Assembly: GCA_965208325.1 (NCBI GenBank)
Contig: OZ242326.1
Location: forward strand, 1,184,001 to 1,248,000
Direction: 5' to 3'
DNA length: 64,000 nucleotides
From: Candidatus Poribacteria bacterium
Lineage (GTDB): Bacteria; Poribacteria; WGA-4E; PCPOR2b
Both the position numbers and the translations under genes were made by a program. Positions 42,906-52,243 of the stretch are shown piece after piece. A model generated the notes under the pieces. The model was not told where the DNA came from and made no database searches. It saw nothing but the letters and a program-made list of their open reading frames with translations. Position 1 is the first letter of the stretch. The number at the start of each line of letters is the position of its first letter.

Positions 42906-43619
42906 TTACGTTTCCTTCTGAAATCGCTCAAGCCCCATGGGTTGATGATGCTTATCATAGTCAATCAATGCCTTCCGTACAACTTCACGTACAAGTTCCT
43001 GCTGTTTGTCAATTGGTCCGCTGCCGTCAACCACTGTCAATCCATATTCAGTCGCCAATCGATCGTATTCTTTGAGAACGCGGCCCTGGAAGATTTTGAA
43101 ACTGGTCGTCGAATCTTCACTTAAACCGAGATCCATTCCCGCCTCGTAAAATTTGAGCTTTCCGCGCCCTATCCTAATTCGCTTAATGGACACATCAATC
43201 GAAACTTTGAAATAAAACGCTATGTCTGGTTTCACAGCGAAGGAATACAGATTTCTTACCCAGTCCGGATGGACTCCACGGGAAACATCTCGCGCAAATG
43301 CCGTAAAAGCATAACGGTCAGACATCACAATCATCCCTGCTTCTAGTGGCGGAATAATCATATTTGCCAACCGATCAGCGAAGTCAGTCGCGTGCATAAT
43401 GCTGAATGTCGTCGGGGTTAGCAAATTCCTCTTTTTTCCTTTCCGGGTAGTCTGCTTCACGAGGGGAGAGGAATTCCATTCCGTGTAAAACACACTATAG
43501 CCTTCAGACACTAACCACTTTCGCAAAAGGTCTAATTGTGTGCTCTTTCCTGAACCGTCAATTCCCTCAACCACAAAGAGCCTTCCGGGATACGGATGAG
43601 GTTGTTTTAACATGTTCAT
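42906..43619 (-). CDS. thymidylate-kinase-like protein with intact P-loop (candidate PPK3 catalytic subunit)
   Basis: EGIDGSGKST, TEWNSS, DFADRL, SDRY, FYEAGMD. Confidence 0.8.
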   Translation of the reverse strand: MNMLKQPHPYPGRLFVVEGIDGSGKSTQLDLLRKWLVSEGYSVFYTEWNSSPLVKQTTRKGKKRNLLTPTTFSIMHATDFADRLANMIIPPLEAGMIVMSDRYAFTAFARDVSRGVHPDWVRNLYSFAVKPDIAFYFKVSIDVSIKRIRIGRGKLKFYEAGMDLGLSEDSTTSFKIFQGRVLKEYDRLATEYGLTVVDGSGPIDKQQELVREVVRKALIDYDKHHQPMGLERFQKET

Positions 43620-43824
43620 CTTTTCCTCCTACTCTCAATTCTGCCTGATACTGGTACTACCCAAATTGCATTGAACCATCGACCTCCTATTACCGCACTC
43701 ACGAAAATTTTAATTGCTTTTCAACGAGCAAAACGGCATCAGTTTCGCTCCTGTGTCAATGCGCATCCGACATTGGCCAAATTGATTCGTTACGCTAGCC
43801 TGCTTAGAGAAGTACAAGATAGGT

Positions 43825-44343
43825 TCAGTTATGTAGGGTGTGGTCGCTAATGTGAGTTATGAGTAGCTCATTGTTCTTCCGCATCTCATCTCGGATTTCT
43901 CTCATGTCTCCACGGATGTCTTCTCGGATTTCTTTCATTTCTTCGCGGGATTCTTCTCGGATTTCTTTCAAATCCTCACGCGTTTCTTTTATTTCCTCGC
44001 GCATTACTTTCATTTCTTCTCGAAAAACGCTAAATTGAGTTGCCATATCACTACGCAAATCCTCTATCCGACTGCCGAGCGAGTCACCGAGATCCGATGT
44101 GTGCTTGTTGCTATCGTCTATCCGTTTGCCGAGTGAGTCACCGACATCCTCAACCCGTTTGCCAAGTGAGTTGCCGAGATCATCTATCCGCTTGCCGAGT
44201 GAGTTGCCGAGATCGTCTATCCGCTTGCCGCAATCATCAACCCGCTTTCCCAACGCGTTTGTGATGTAATAACCGATAGTACCAATTCCACCGATGTAAG
44301 CAATAACAAGTACGGCTAATTGCAAGGTGACATTCCAGTCCAT
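43825..44343 (-). CDS. membrane-anchored heptad/hendecad coiled-coil protein, copy C
   Basis: N-terminal TM; DLG[DN]SLGKRID 11-mers; EIREESREEMK-type 11-mers; conserved C-terminus ITHISDHTLHN. Confidence 0.85.
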   Translation of the reverse strand: MDWNVTLQLAVLVIAYIGGIGTIGYYITNALGKRVDDCGKRIDDLGNSLGKRIDDLGNSLGKRVEDVGDSLGKRIDDSNKHTSDLGDSLGSRIEDLRSDMATQFSVFREEMKVMREEIKETREDLKEIREESREEMKEIREDIRGDMREIRDEMRKNNELLITHISDHTLHN

Positions 44344-44423
44344 TTCGATTTCCCCTGCTTGGTGCGCGATAATATTCTATCCCGCACAAAATTCTGTCCT
44401 TTTAAGAGAAGGATGTGCACGGA

Positions 44424-44942
44424 TTAGTTATGTAGCGTATGGTCGCTTATGTGAGTTATGAGCAGCTCATTATTCTTCCGCATCTCATCTCGGATTTCTC
44501 TCATGTCGCCACGGATTTCTTCTCGGATTTCTTTCATTTCCTCTCGCATTAATTTCATTTCTTCTCGAAAAGCGCTAAGTTGAGATGCCATATCACTACG
44601 CAAATCGTCTATCCGACTGCCGAGCGAGTCACCGAGATCTGATGTGTGCTTGTTGCTATCGTCTATCCGTTTGCCGAGTGAGTCACCGACATCCTCAATC
44701 CGTTTGCCGAGTGAGTCACCGACATCCTTAATCCGTTTGCCGAGTGAGTCACCGAGATCCGTAGTGTACCTGCTGCTATCGTCTATCCGATTGCCAAGTG
44801 AGACGCTGACATCCTCTATTCGCTTGCCGCTATCATCAACCCGCTTTCCCAGCGCGTTGGTGATGTAATAGCCGATAGTACCAATTCCACCTATATAAGC
44901 AATTAACAATACGGCTAATTGCAAGGTGACATTCCAGTCCAT
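44424..44942 (-). CDS. membrane-anchored coiled-coil protein, copy B
   Basis: Near-identical to its neighbours with a different module count. Confidence 0.85.
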   Translation of the reverse strand: MDWNVTLQLAVLLIAYIGGIGTIGYYITNALGKRVDDSGKRIEDVSVSLGNRIDDSSRYTTDLGDSLGKRIKDVGDSLGKRIEDVGDSLGKRIDDSNKHTSDLGDSLGSRIDDLRSDMASQLSAFREEMKLMREEMKEIREEIRGDMREIRDEMRKNNELLITHISDHTLHN

Positions 44943-45022
44943 TTAGATTCCCCCTGCTTGGTGTGCGATAATATACTATCCCGCACAAAATTCCGTGCTT
45001 TTAAGCGAAGGATGTGCACGGC

Positions 45023-45628
45023 TTAGTTATGTAGCGTATGGTCGCTTATGTGAGTTATGAGTAGCTCATTATTCTTCCGCATCTCATCTCGGATTTCTCT
45101 CATGTCTCCACGGATGTCTTCTCGGATTTCTTTCATTTCTTCGCGGGATTCTTCTCGGATTTCTTTCAAATCCTCGCGGGATTCTTCTCGGATTTCTTTC
45201 AAATCCTCACGCGTTTCTTTTATTTCCTCTCGCATTAATTTCATTTCTTCTCGAAAAGCGCTAAGTTGAGATGCCATATCACTACGCAAATCGTCTATCC
45301 GACTGCCGAGCGAGTCACCGAGATCCGATGTGTGCTTGTTGCTATCGTCTATCCGTTTGCCGAGTGAGTCACCGACATCCTCAATCTGTTTGCCGAGTGA
45401 GTCACCGACATCCTTAATCCGTTTGCCAAGTGAGTCACCGAGATCCGTTGTGTACCTGCTGCTATCGTCTATCCGATTGCCAAGTGAGACGCTGACATCC
45501 TCTATTCGTTTGCCGCAATCATCAACCCGCTTTCCCAGCGCATTGGTGATGTAATAGCCGATAGTACCAATTCCACCTATATAAGCAATTAACAATACGG
45601 CTAATTGCAAGGTGACATTCCAGTCCAT
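45023..45628 (-). CDS. membrane-anchored coiled-coil protein, copy A
   Basis: Longest copy (201 aa); first transcribed. Confidence 0.85.
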   Translation of the reverse strand: MDWNVTLQLAVLLIAYIGGIGTIGYYITNALGKRVDDCGKRIEDVSVSLGNRIDDSSRYTTDLGDSLGKRIKDVGDSLGKQIEDVGDSLGKRIDDSNKHTSDLGDSLGSRIDDLRSDMASQLSAFREEMKLMREEIKETREDLKEIREESREDLKEIREESREEMKEIREDIRGDMREIRDEMRKNNELLITHISDHTLHN

Positions 45629-45693
45629 TTTGATACTTCCTTTTTGGTGCGCGACAAAACACCATTCTGCATATCATATTGACTTACGGGAAT

Positions 45694-45722
45694 AATGTAC
45701 CACATTCCAGATGGTATTGCAA
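45694..45722 (-). promoter_or_regulatory. sigma70-type promoter in front of the coiled-coil array
   Basis: Minus strand TTGCAA-N17-TACATT with extended -10 TG. Confidence 0.5.
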
Positions 45723-45755
45723 TTGCCATCAATCGGCAAATCATATAGCCTCAGC

Positions 45756-46793
45756 CTAAACGTCACGCTGCGGCGGCGTTATGTCTTCTCCTAACATCTG
45801 GCGCGCCAAAACTGCGCCGCCGATGACGCCCGCGTTGTCGCCGAGTTCAGCGCCTACGATTTGGACACCGTCCATCGTACTCGGCAATACGTGTTTCGCC
45901 GTCGTGCTGCGGATGCCATCCAGAAAACCGTCTCCCATCGCTTCGATAAGTCCTCCCCCCAGCACAATCATCTCGGGGTTTAAGAAATTTATGATTGAAG
46001 CAACCCCGATACCCAGATAATTCTGAGCTCGGCGCATCACTTTCGCCGTCAACTTGTCACCGCGGCGTACTGCTTTTGCTAAGGTACTGCTGCGAATCAA
46101 ACCTAAATTTCCGCCGTTCAACTTTAGCAAAATGCTCCTCTTCCCATTTTTGAGTATCGCTTTTCGTAGCTGCCGCGTAATGGCTGTACGGCTCGCAACA
46201 GCTTCCAAACACCCTAGGTTTCCGCAACCGCAGCGCGGACCGTCTGATTTGACGATAATGTGACCCACTTCACCGGCTGTATCACTTGCGCCACGGAACA
46301 GCTTGCCATCTAAAATTATCCCGCCGCCGATTCCGGTACCAACGAAAATCCCAACGAGGGATTTGACCCCAAGCCCAACCCCGGAAGCCGACTCCCCTAA
46401 TGTACATAGATTGACATCGTTTTCGACGAATGTCGGAATACCCATACTTGCTTCAAGTTTTGCCTTGAGAGGTACATTCGACCAGCCGAGGTTCGGGGCA
46501 AAGATAACAACACCTGTATCCGGATCTAGCGGTCCCGGTGCGCCAATCCCTATTGCCTGAATCTGAGGGGATTCCATCCCCGTTCGATCAATCGCATTTC
46601 GGATACACTGAGCAATCCGATCTATCACTTCATGCGGACCCTTATCTGCCTTCGTAGCGGTTTTCGATTGAGATATTATTCTTCCCGCCGCATTCACGAC
46701 CGACGCCAAAATCTTTGTGCCGCCCATATCTACACCGACGACATATTCATTGGAAGAGAGCATTTCCGGGAATCGTGCTCGTGTATTATTCAT
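45756..46793 (-). CDS. ROK family sugar kinase (glucokinase-like)
   Basis: GVDMGGTK, ENDVN, GTGIGGG, GEVGH, CGCGNLGCLE; no N-terminal HTH. Confidence 0.92.
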   Translation of the reverse strand: MNNTRARFPEMLSSNEYVVGVDMGGTKILASVVNAAGRIISQSKTATKADKGPHEVIDRIAQCIRNAIDRTGMESPQIQAIGIGAPGPLDPDTGVVIFAPNLGWSNVPLKAKLEASMGIPTFVENDVNLCTLGESASGVGLGVKSLVGIFVGTGIGGGIILDGKLFRGASDTAGEVGHIIVKSDGPRCGCGNLGCLEAVASRTAITRQLRKAILKNGKRSILLKLNGGNLGLIRSSTLAKAVRRGDKLTAKVMRRAQNYLGIGVASIINFLNPEMIVLGGGLIEAMGDGFLDGIRSTTAKHVLPSTMDGVQIVGAELGDNAGVIGGAVLARQMLGEDITPPQRDV

Positions 46794-46849
46794 TTCGCTC
46801 CGCTCCTATTGCCAACGGTCAACAGCCGGTTTCCAACTCAATAGAGATA

Positions 46850-47069
46850 GGCATGCGCTATGATGAAGATAAGTACGTATTATATCGATTAAGGTCAAGA
46901 CGAATAACCCTGTCGCAAAAGCACTGCCAATCCGTATCCGCTTCAAAAGCATCTGAATGACTGCTCCAATGGTGGCGGCGAGAATCATATTGACGCAGAT
47001 TGACAAAGCGGCGGCAACGCGAAACCATTCCGCTTCCACGCGCCATTGAAGCGCCGTTAATGATATCAA
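46850..47069 (-). pseudogene. mgtE: remnant of the C-terminal TM region of Mg2+ transporter MgtE
   Basis: NMILAATIGAVIQMLLKRIRIGSAFATGLFVLTLIDII matches a degenerate MgtE 'G..IP.LLKR..IDPA.ATGPF.TT..D' motif; the rest of the gene is absent. Confidence 0.6.
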
Positions 47070-47090
47070 TTTAATGAACGTATTTACCTA

Positions 47091-48173
47091 TTATTCAAAT
47101 TTCTTAGCACGCTGTCGCAAGAAGTGATCGACCAGTACTAGCGAAACCATTGCCTCCACTATCGACACGGCACGAGGCAGCACACACGGATCATGCCGCC
47201 CGCGTGCGGACAAAACAACCGGGTTGCCATGGATGTCCACCGTTTCCTGTTCCTTGCGGATTGTCGCCGTCGGTTTAAAAGCCACCTGCAGACGGATATT
47301 CTCGCCATTTGAAATGCCACCTTGCGTGCCGCCAGAATTGTTCGTCCGCGTGCGGATACGCCCTTTATCAGTGTAAAATAAATCGTTATGCTGCGCTCCG
47401 GTCATTGTCACGCCTTCAAAACCCGACCCGATTTGGAAACCCATTGTTGCCGGCAGGGACATCATCGCCTTGCCCAAATCTGCCTTGAGTTTGTCAAACA
47501 CCGGCTCTCCCAGTCCAATCGGGACGTTCCGCGACACCGACTCAATAATCCCCCCGAGCGAATCGCCGTCTCGCCGCGCTTCATCAATGCGTCGCTCCAT
47601 CTGCTCACTAGCCTCGTAGTCTGGACATCTAACAATGCTGGATTCAATCGCATCAAGGGTCACCTTATCCGAATCGACATCGGCGGCGATTGTTTGAATC
47701 TGTTTTACGTACGCGAGAATTTCCGTGCCGCACTGCTCACGCAATATCTGTTTTGCAATTGCGCCCGCCGCGACTCGTCCAATCGTTTCGCGTGCGCTCG
47801 CCCGGCCGCCTCCCTGCCAGTTGTGGATGCCGTACTTCTGACGATAGGCGAAGTCCGCATGTGACGGTCGATAAATGTCCTTGAGGTGCTTGTAGGCTGA
47901 AGGCTTCGCATCCTTGTTCCATACCAGCATTGAGATTGGAGTCCCAAGCGTCTGGCCCTCAAATACGCCTGATAAAATCTGCACCGCATCCGATTCTTGT
48001 CGTGGAGTTGTAAGATAGCTCTGTCCCGGACGGCGTCGATTGAGTTCCGCCTGAATGGCAGTAGCGTCGATTTTCAGTTGCGGCGGGCATCCATCAACCA
48101 CAACGCCAATGGCATCGCCGTGTGATTCGCCCCACGTCGTGATACGAAAAAGATGACCGAAGGTATTTCCCAC
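47091..48173 (-). CDS. aroC: chorismate synthase (GTG start)
   Basis: GESHG, RPSHAD, RASARET, GGISNG, RHDPCV. Confidence 0.97.
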   Translation of the reverse strand: MGNTFGHLFRITTWGESHGDAIGVVVDGCPPQLKIDATAIQAELNRRRPGQSYLTTPRQESDAVQILSGVFEGQTLGTPISMLVWNKDAKPSAYKHLKDIYRPSHADFAYRQKYGIHNWQGGGRASARETIGRVAAGAIAKQILREQCGTEILAYVKQIQTIAADVDSDKVTLDAIESSIVRCPDYEASEQMERRIDEARRDGDSLGGIIESVSRNVPIGLGEPVFDKLKADLGKAMMSLPATMGFQIGSGFEGVTMTGAQHNDLFYTDKGRIRTRTNNSGGTQGGISNGENIRLQVAFKPTATIRKEQETVDIHGNPVVLSARGRHDPCVLPRAVSIVEAMVSLVLVDHFLRQRAKKFE

Positions 48174-48405
48174 CGTGATACCTCCAATCTAACTGATTGA
48201 GTTCCGCATTGATTGATTCCCTAATTCCTGCTTGACATAACTTGGAAGATAATTTACTCTATTCACGAAATTTGACTTGCAATACATTGGGAAATATAGC
48301 ACATCATCGCCTGAATATCAACCGAAAACCTTTATTGCACCTTGAATCGGCCGGCAAACGCAGACATACCCAAGACCTTGCGGCGGAGTATTCGGGGAGA
48401 CAGCA

Positions 48406-49104
48406 TTGATAAGAAAAATTTTCAAAAGGATGCGACTGAGTTGGGTCCTAATCTTTATTCTCGTCGGCGTGCTCTGGAATACACCAGTCGTATATCCGCT
48501 AAAAATTCTTGTGGTCTTTTTGCACGAACTCAGTCATGGCATTGCAGCGTTAGCAACGGGCGGGCGCATTGAAGAAATCGTCGTCGTGCCCCGAGAAGCC
48601 GGGCATACCCTCACGATAGGCGGCTCGCGATTCTGGACGCTTTCAGCCGGTTATCTCGGAAGTCTCGTTTGGGGCGGATTAATTCTGGTAATTGCTGCAC
48701 GTACACACCTTGACAAGCTGCTCAGCGTAGCAATCGGTTCTGGTATGATTCTCGTTTCGATCGTCTACGGAGGAAACTGGTTCATCCGTCTATTCGGAAT
48801 TGCGTTCGGTGGCGGGCTTATTCTCGTCGGCGGCTTACTCTCGGAGTCCATCAACGACTGGGTGCTTCGGGTCATCGGTTTCACCAGTTGTCTCTATGCA
48901 ATCCTAGACATCAAGAGTGACGTTTTGGATCGCAGCGGAGCGCGCTCAGATGCACGCATGCTCCATGAAGAACTCACCCCTATGATTCCAACCGTGGCAT
49001 GGGGAATACTCTGGATTATCATTGCTATCATTGGCACCATCTTTTTCCTGTACGTGTCAGGCGGAAATCAGGCGAGTCCAAAAGACGATGAAATCAACGG
49101 TTGA
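48406..49104 (+). CDS. M50B-like membrane metallopeptidase
   Basis: HELSH, AGYLG, SDARML; TM segments; upstream TTGACA-N17-TACTCT at 48232-48260. Confidence 0.85.
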   Translation: MIRKIFKRMRLSWVLIFILVGVLWNTPVVYPLKILVVFLHELSHGIAALATGGRIEEIVVVPREAGHTLTIGGSRFWTLSAGYLGSLVWGGLILVIAARTHLDKLLSVAIGSGMILVSIVYGGNWFIRLFGIAFGGGLILVGGLLSESINDWVLRVIGFTSCLYAILDIKSDVLDRSGARSDARMLHEELTPMIPTVAWGILWIIIAIIGTIFFLYVSGGNQASPKDDEING

Positions 49105-49290
49105 GAGCGGGTGCATCAGCGTTGCGCGCGTATAGCGAAGAACTGCAAGCTGGATGAGTCAGCAGGCATGAACCACAACGAACAACGTGAAAATGAGGTA
49201 GGGTTTGCGTGTTAAACAGCTTTTGAACGTCGCAGGCTGGTCTAGCATTGGTGAGAATATTCCGATTTCTCATCGTGTTGCTTTGGATTA

Positions 49291-50139
49291 CTATCTATCA
49301 GCGTTCTGATACTCCGGTGTTTGCCTGAGCCACGGTTGAAATAATTTACGCTGGTCTTCATCGTAGCGCGCCCACGTCGTCGGTTGGATATACTGCAGTT
49401 CGTCCCAAGTAGCAATGTTCTGTGACATCATCCAACCCGGACCGTAGCCCACGTGTAAAGTCTTACGGGGTTCGCCCGACCGGTTAGTAAATCCGCCGTG
49501 CCGCAAGTTTTCGGTAAACACTATGGCGTCGCCCGAGTTCACTTCCAGTCCAATCATGCCGGGATCGTCGTCTACATGGCATTGATAAGGCACTGCAAAC
49601 CCCGACTTATGAGAGCCGGCCTCGACACAAAAGGCGCCGTCCATGTTGCTAACATCGTGCGTGAAATAGATAAAACGCACCATCATGCAATCAATCCCCT
49701 TTGCATTCACCGAGTATCGGTATTTGTAACTTCGGCAATATCCGCCGCCATGGGTACTGCTGCAATTGCCGGGATATCGTATGCGTAACTCGGAGTTGTT
49801 GATGCCGATTTCTTCCTGCACAAGGCTGAAAATATAGGAATTGGTTTTGGGATGGTTAACGAGGAAATCGAACGCCAAATCGAAATTGAAAAAATCTTCA
49901 ATTATGAATGTCTGACCGTACTCGTGGCCGCCCGTGACGTGGTACCCGCGCTCTGCGTTGAAATGATACTCGCTGCCAAAATTCCCGCTTTTGCGCGGCG
50001 CTAATTGGTAATGCGCCATAGCATGCTGTTCCAATGTATCAATTGCCAGTCGTAATCGGCCGACCTCTTCATCAGTCAGAAAATTTCGCAGTACCAGAAA
50101 GCCCTGCCGGTCAAATTCGTACTGTTCAATCTCCGTCAT
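49291..50139 (-). CDS. PhyH-family Fe(II)/2OG enzyme (HxG variant)
   Basis: YEFDRQGFLVL, GAFCVEAGSHK, GDAIVFTENLRHGG; first metal motif THGG; SD AGGA before ATG 50139. Confidence 0.85.
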   Translation of the reverse strand: MTEIEQYEFDRQGFLVLRNFLTDEEVGRLRLAIDTLEQHAMAHYQLAPRKSGNFGSEYHFNAERGYHVTGGHEYGQTFIIEDFFNFDLAFDFLVNHPKTNSYIFSLVQEEIGINNSELRIRYPGNCSSTHGGGYCRSYKYRYSVNAKGIDCMMVRFIYFTHDVSNMDGAFCVEAGSHKSGFAVPYQCHVDDDPGMIGLEVNSGDAIVFTENLRHGGFTNRSGEPRKTLHVGYGPGWMMSQNIATWDELQYIQPTTWARYDEDQRKLFQPWLRQTPEYQNADR

Positions 50140-50231
50140 TTTTTTCCTACTCCTATGCTTATTCATTGTGCCTAGCAACATTGTTGAGGTAACCTGCATG
50201 CTGTCTTGTTCTTAAACATTATACCACAGAC

Positions 50232-50260
50232 TTGACATCGCCCCCAAATGAAGTTATTCT
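50232..50260 (+). promoter_or_regulatory. sigma70-type promoter for the ABC exporter gene
   Basis: TTGACA-N17-TATTCT. Confidence 0.55.
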
Positions 50261-50416
50261 TTTAGCGCGTGGTTATAGTCGTGTCAGTATGTCCAAGATT
50301 CTTCCACATTCGACATTCTCATCACGCACCCATCATGAACGCCAAAACCTCCGCTGAAAAGCTGATGTTAGTAGGCACACGTTGAACTGAATCAAACCAA
50401 AACTGGAGCGGCTCCG

Positions 50417-52159
50417 ATTCGTAGTTTACTTCGCCTAAATAAATACGTCGTCCACTACCGGCTTCAAATCATCTTCAGCTTCATGCTAGTTCTAGTAACG
50501 AACGGGCTTCTACTGGTAAGCCCTAAAATCCTGGAGTTGGTCTTCGATGACTTTGAGAAATCCATTACGCCGCGCAAGGTTTTTCTCTATGCTCTCCTCA
50601 TTTTCACAGTCGCCCTTGGCGGCGGTGCAATCCTCTTCGCACAGCGCCGTATCATAAACGGAGTCGCTAGGCGAATCGAATACCACCTGCGAAACGATTT
50701 CTTCACCCACCTACAGAAACTGTCGGCGGCTTACTACAATCGTGTCGATACCGGCGATTTGATGGCGAGAGCCACAAGCGATATTAATGCAGTCCGCATG
50801 GTGCTCAGCAATGCAATCATGTTCACGGCGGATGGAATCGTCTTTTTTGCCATGGCGTTCGTCATAATGCTAAGAATTGATGCGACCTTGACTCTGCTTG
50901 CGGTGCTCCCATACCCAATTCTCGCACTCCTGATACGAGAACTAGGAAAGCGTATCTACAGAAGTTACGAACGGATTCAGGAGTCGTTTTCAACGATGAA
51001 TACCAAATTGCAAGAAAATCTGTCCGGCGTGCGCGTTGTCAAAGCATACACCCTTGAAAAGAGCGAAATCGACAAGTTCCGCGATCTCAACCGGACATTT
51101 GTCGATCGCAACCGCGCGCAAATTCGTCTCTTCTCTGTGTTCTTTCCACTGTTCCGGTGTCTGCCGGGAATTGGTCATGTCGCTCTCCTCTATTTGGGCG
51201 GAATCCGCGTCATTGAAGGACAGATTACATTCGGAGAATTTGTGGCGCTCCTTGCATACTTAATACTTCTGGTCCGTCCGATGATTCGACTCGGCTTCGT
51301 TGTTAACGCTTTTGAACGGGGCGCAGCTTCGATGGAAAGAATAAGTAAAATTCTTGATGAACAACCAGAAATATACGATGGCGTGAACGCTAGGCACGGA
51401 ATAGAGGCGATTCAGGGCGGCATTGAATTTAGAAACCTCAGTTTTTCATATCCTGACGGCACGCCGGTCCTTAAAAACATTAATCTGAAAGTCGATCGGG
51501 GACAGACGGTCGCCATTGTAGGTCCCACGGGTTGCGGCAAAACAACCCTTGTCAACCTAATCCCCCGCCTCTACGAAGCCGACCGGGGGACAATTTTCAT
51601 TGATGGCGTGGACGTACAGGACATTCCCCTGCATGTGCTCCGGTCAAATATCGGTGTCGTTGAACAGGAACCGTTCCTATTTTCTGGTACGCTGCGAAAT
51701 AACATCGCTTACGGTGCGGAAAATGCCGGCGGCGCCGAGGTTAATGGCGTCGTGCGTATTGCCGATTTACAGGAACAAATGGAAGAGTTTCCCGATGGGT
51801 TAGACACTTACTTGGGTGAGCGGGGAATCACTATTTCTGGAGGGCAGAGACAACGGACTGCGCTCGCACGAGCCATTGCAATCCATCCGAAAATCCTCAT
51901 CTTGGACAGCGCCTTTGCCAATGTAGACACGCACACGGAAGACACCATCCTCAATCGCTTAAAGGAGGTCATGGAGAATCGTACCACCATTGTCATTTCT
52001 CACCGTATATCCACCGTCAAGTCAGCCGACCTCATCATCGTAATGAAGAATGGCGAAATCGTGGAACGCGGTACCCACGACACACTACTCAAACGCAACG
52101 GTATCTACACGGGAATCTACGATAAACAACTGCTTCAAGAAGAGCTAGACTCCCTTTAA
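50417..52159 (+). CDS. ABC exporter half-transporter (TMD plus NBD, degenerate Walker B)
   Basis: GDLMARATSD, GPTGCGKT, ISGGQRQR, LILDS, SHR; open frame extends 22 codons upstream of ATG 50483 to ATT 50417. Confidence 0.9.
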   Translation: MRSLLRLNKYVVHYRLQIIFSFMLVLVTNGLLLVSPKILELVFDDFEKSITPRKVFLYALLIFTVALGGGAILFAQRRIINGVARRIEYHLRNDFFTHLQKLSAAYYNRVDTGDLMARATSDINAVRMVLSNAIMFTADGIVFFAMAFVIMLRIDATLTLLAVLPYPILALLIRELGKRIYRSYERIQESFSTMNTKLQENLSGVRVVKAYTLEKSEIDKFRDLNRTFVDRNRAQIRLFSVFFPLFRCLPGIGHVALLYLGGIRVIEGQITFGEFVALLAYLILLVRPMIRLGFVVNAFERGAASMERISKILDEQPEIYDGVNARHGIEAIQGGIEFRNLSFSYPDGTPVLKNINLKVDRGQTVAIVGPTGCGKTTLVNLIPRLYEADRGTIFIDGVDVQDIPLHVLRSNIGVVEQEPFLFSGTLRNNIAYGAENAGGAEVNGVVRIADLQEQMEEFPDGLDTYLGERGITISGGQRQRTALARAIAIHPKILILDSAFANVDTHTEDTILNRLKEVMENRTTIVISHRISTVKSADLIIVMKNGEIVERGTHDTLLKRNGIYTGIYDKQLLQEELDSL

Positions 52160-52205
52160 TCCGAAGTGCTTATCCTTAAAGAGTAGGTGTTTGTTTTTGA
52201 GGGCT

Positions 52206-52243
52206 CGGTAGGAGCGATCTCCGAATCGCGACACACACTCCCT
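52206..52243 (+). repeat. GTAG-type REP-like element (family B)
   Basis: CGGTAGGAGCGATCTCCGAATCGCGACACACACTCCCT; 37/38 identical to 63348-63385. Confidence 0.8.

Larger units (their letters stand above)
43825..45628 (-). repeat. tandem gene triplication with internal 21- and 33-bp coding repeats
   Basis: Stops at 43825, 44424 and 45023 (599-bp spacing); 80-bp spacers 44344-44423 and 44943-45022 nearly identical. Confidence 0.95.

Noticed and set aside
42026..43619. Calling the pair tmk (dTMP kinase)
   Set aside because: The TREPG motif is missing, and the intact-plus-degenerate pairing argues against canonical Tmk, so the symbol is withheld
44060..45500. 33-bp repeats resembling a CRISPR array
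   Set aside because: They are contiguous in-frame coding repeats with no unique spacers, and no cas genes are present
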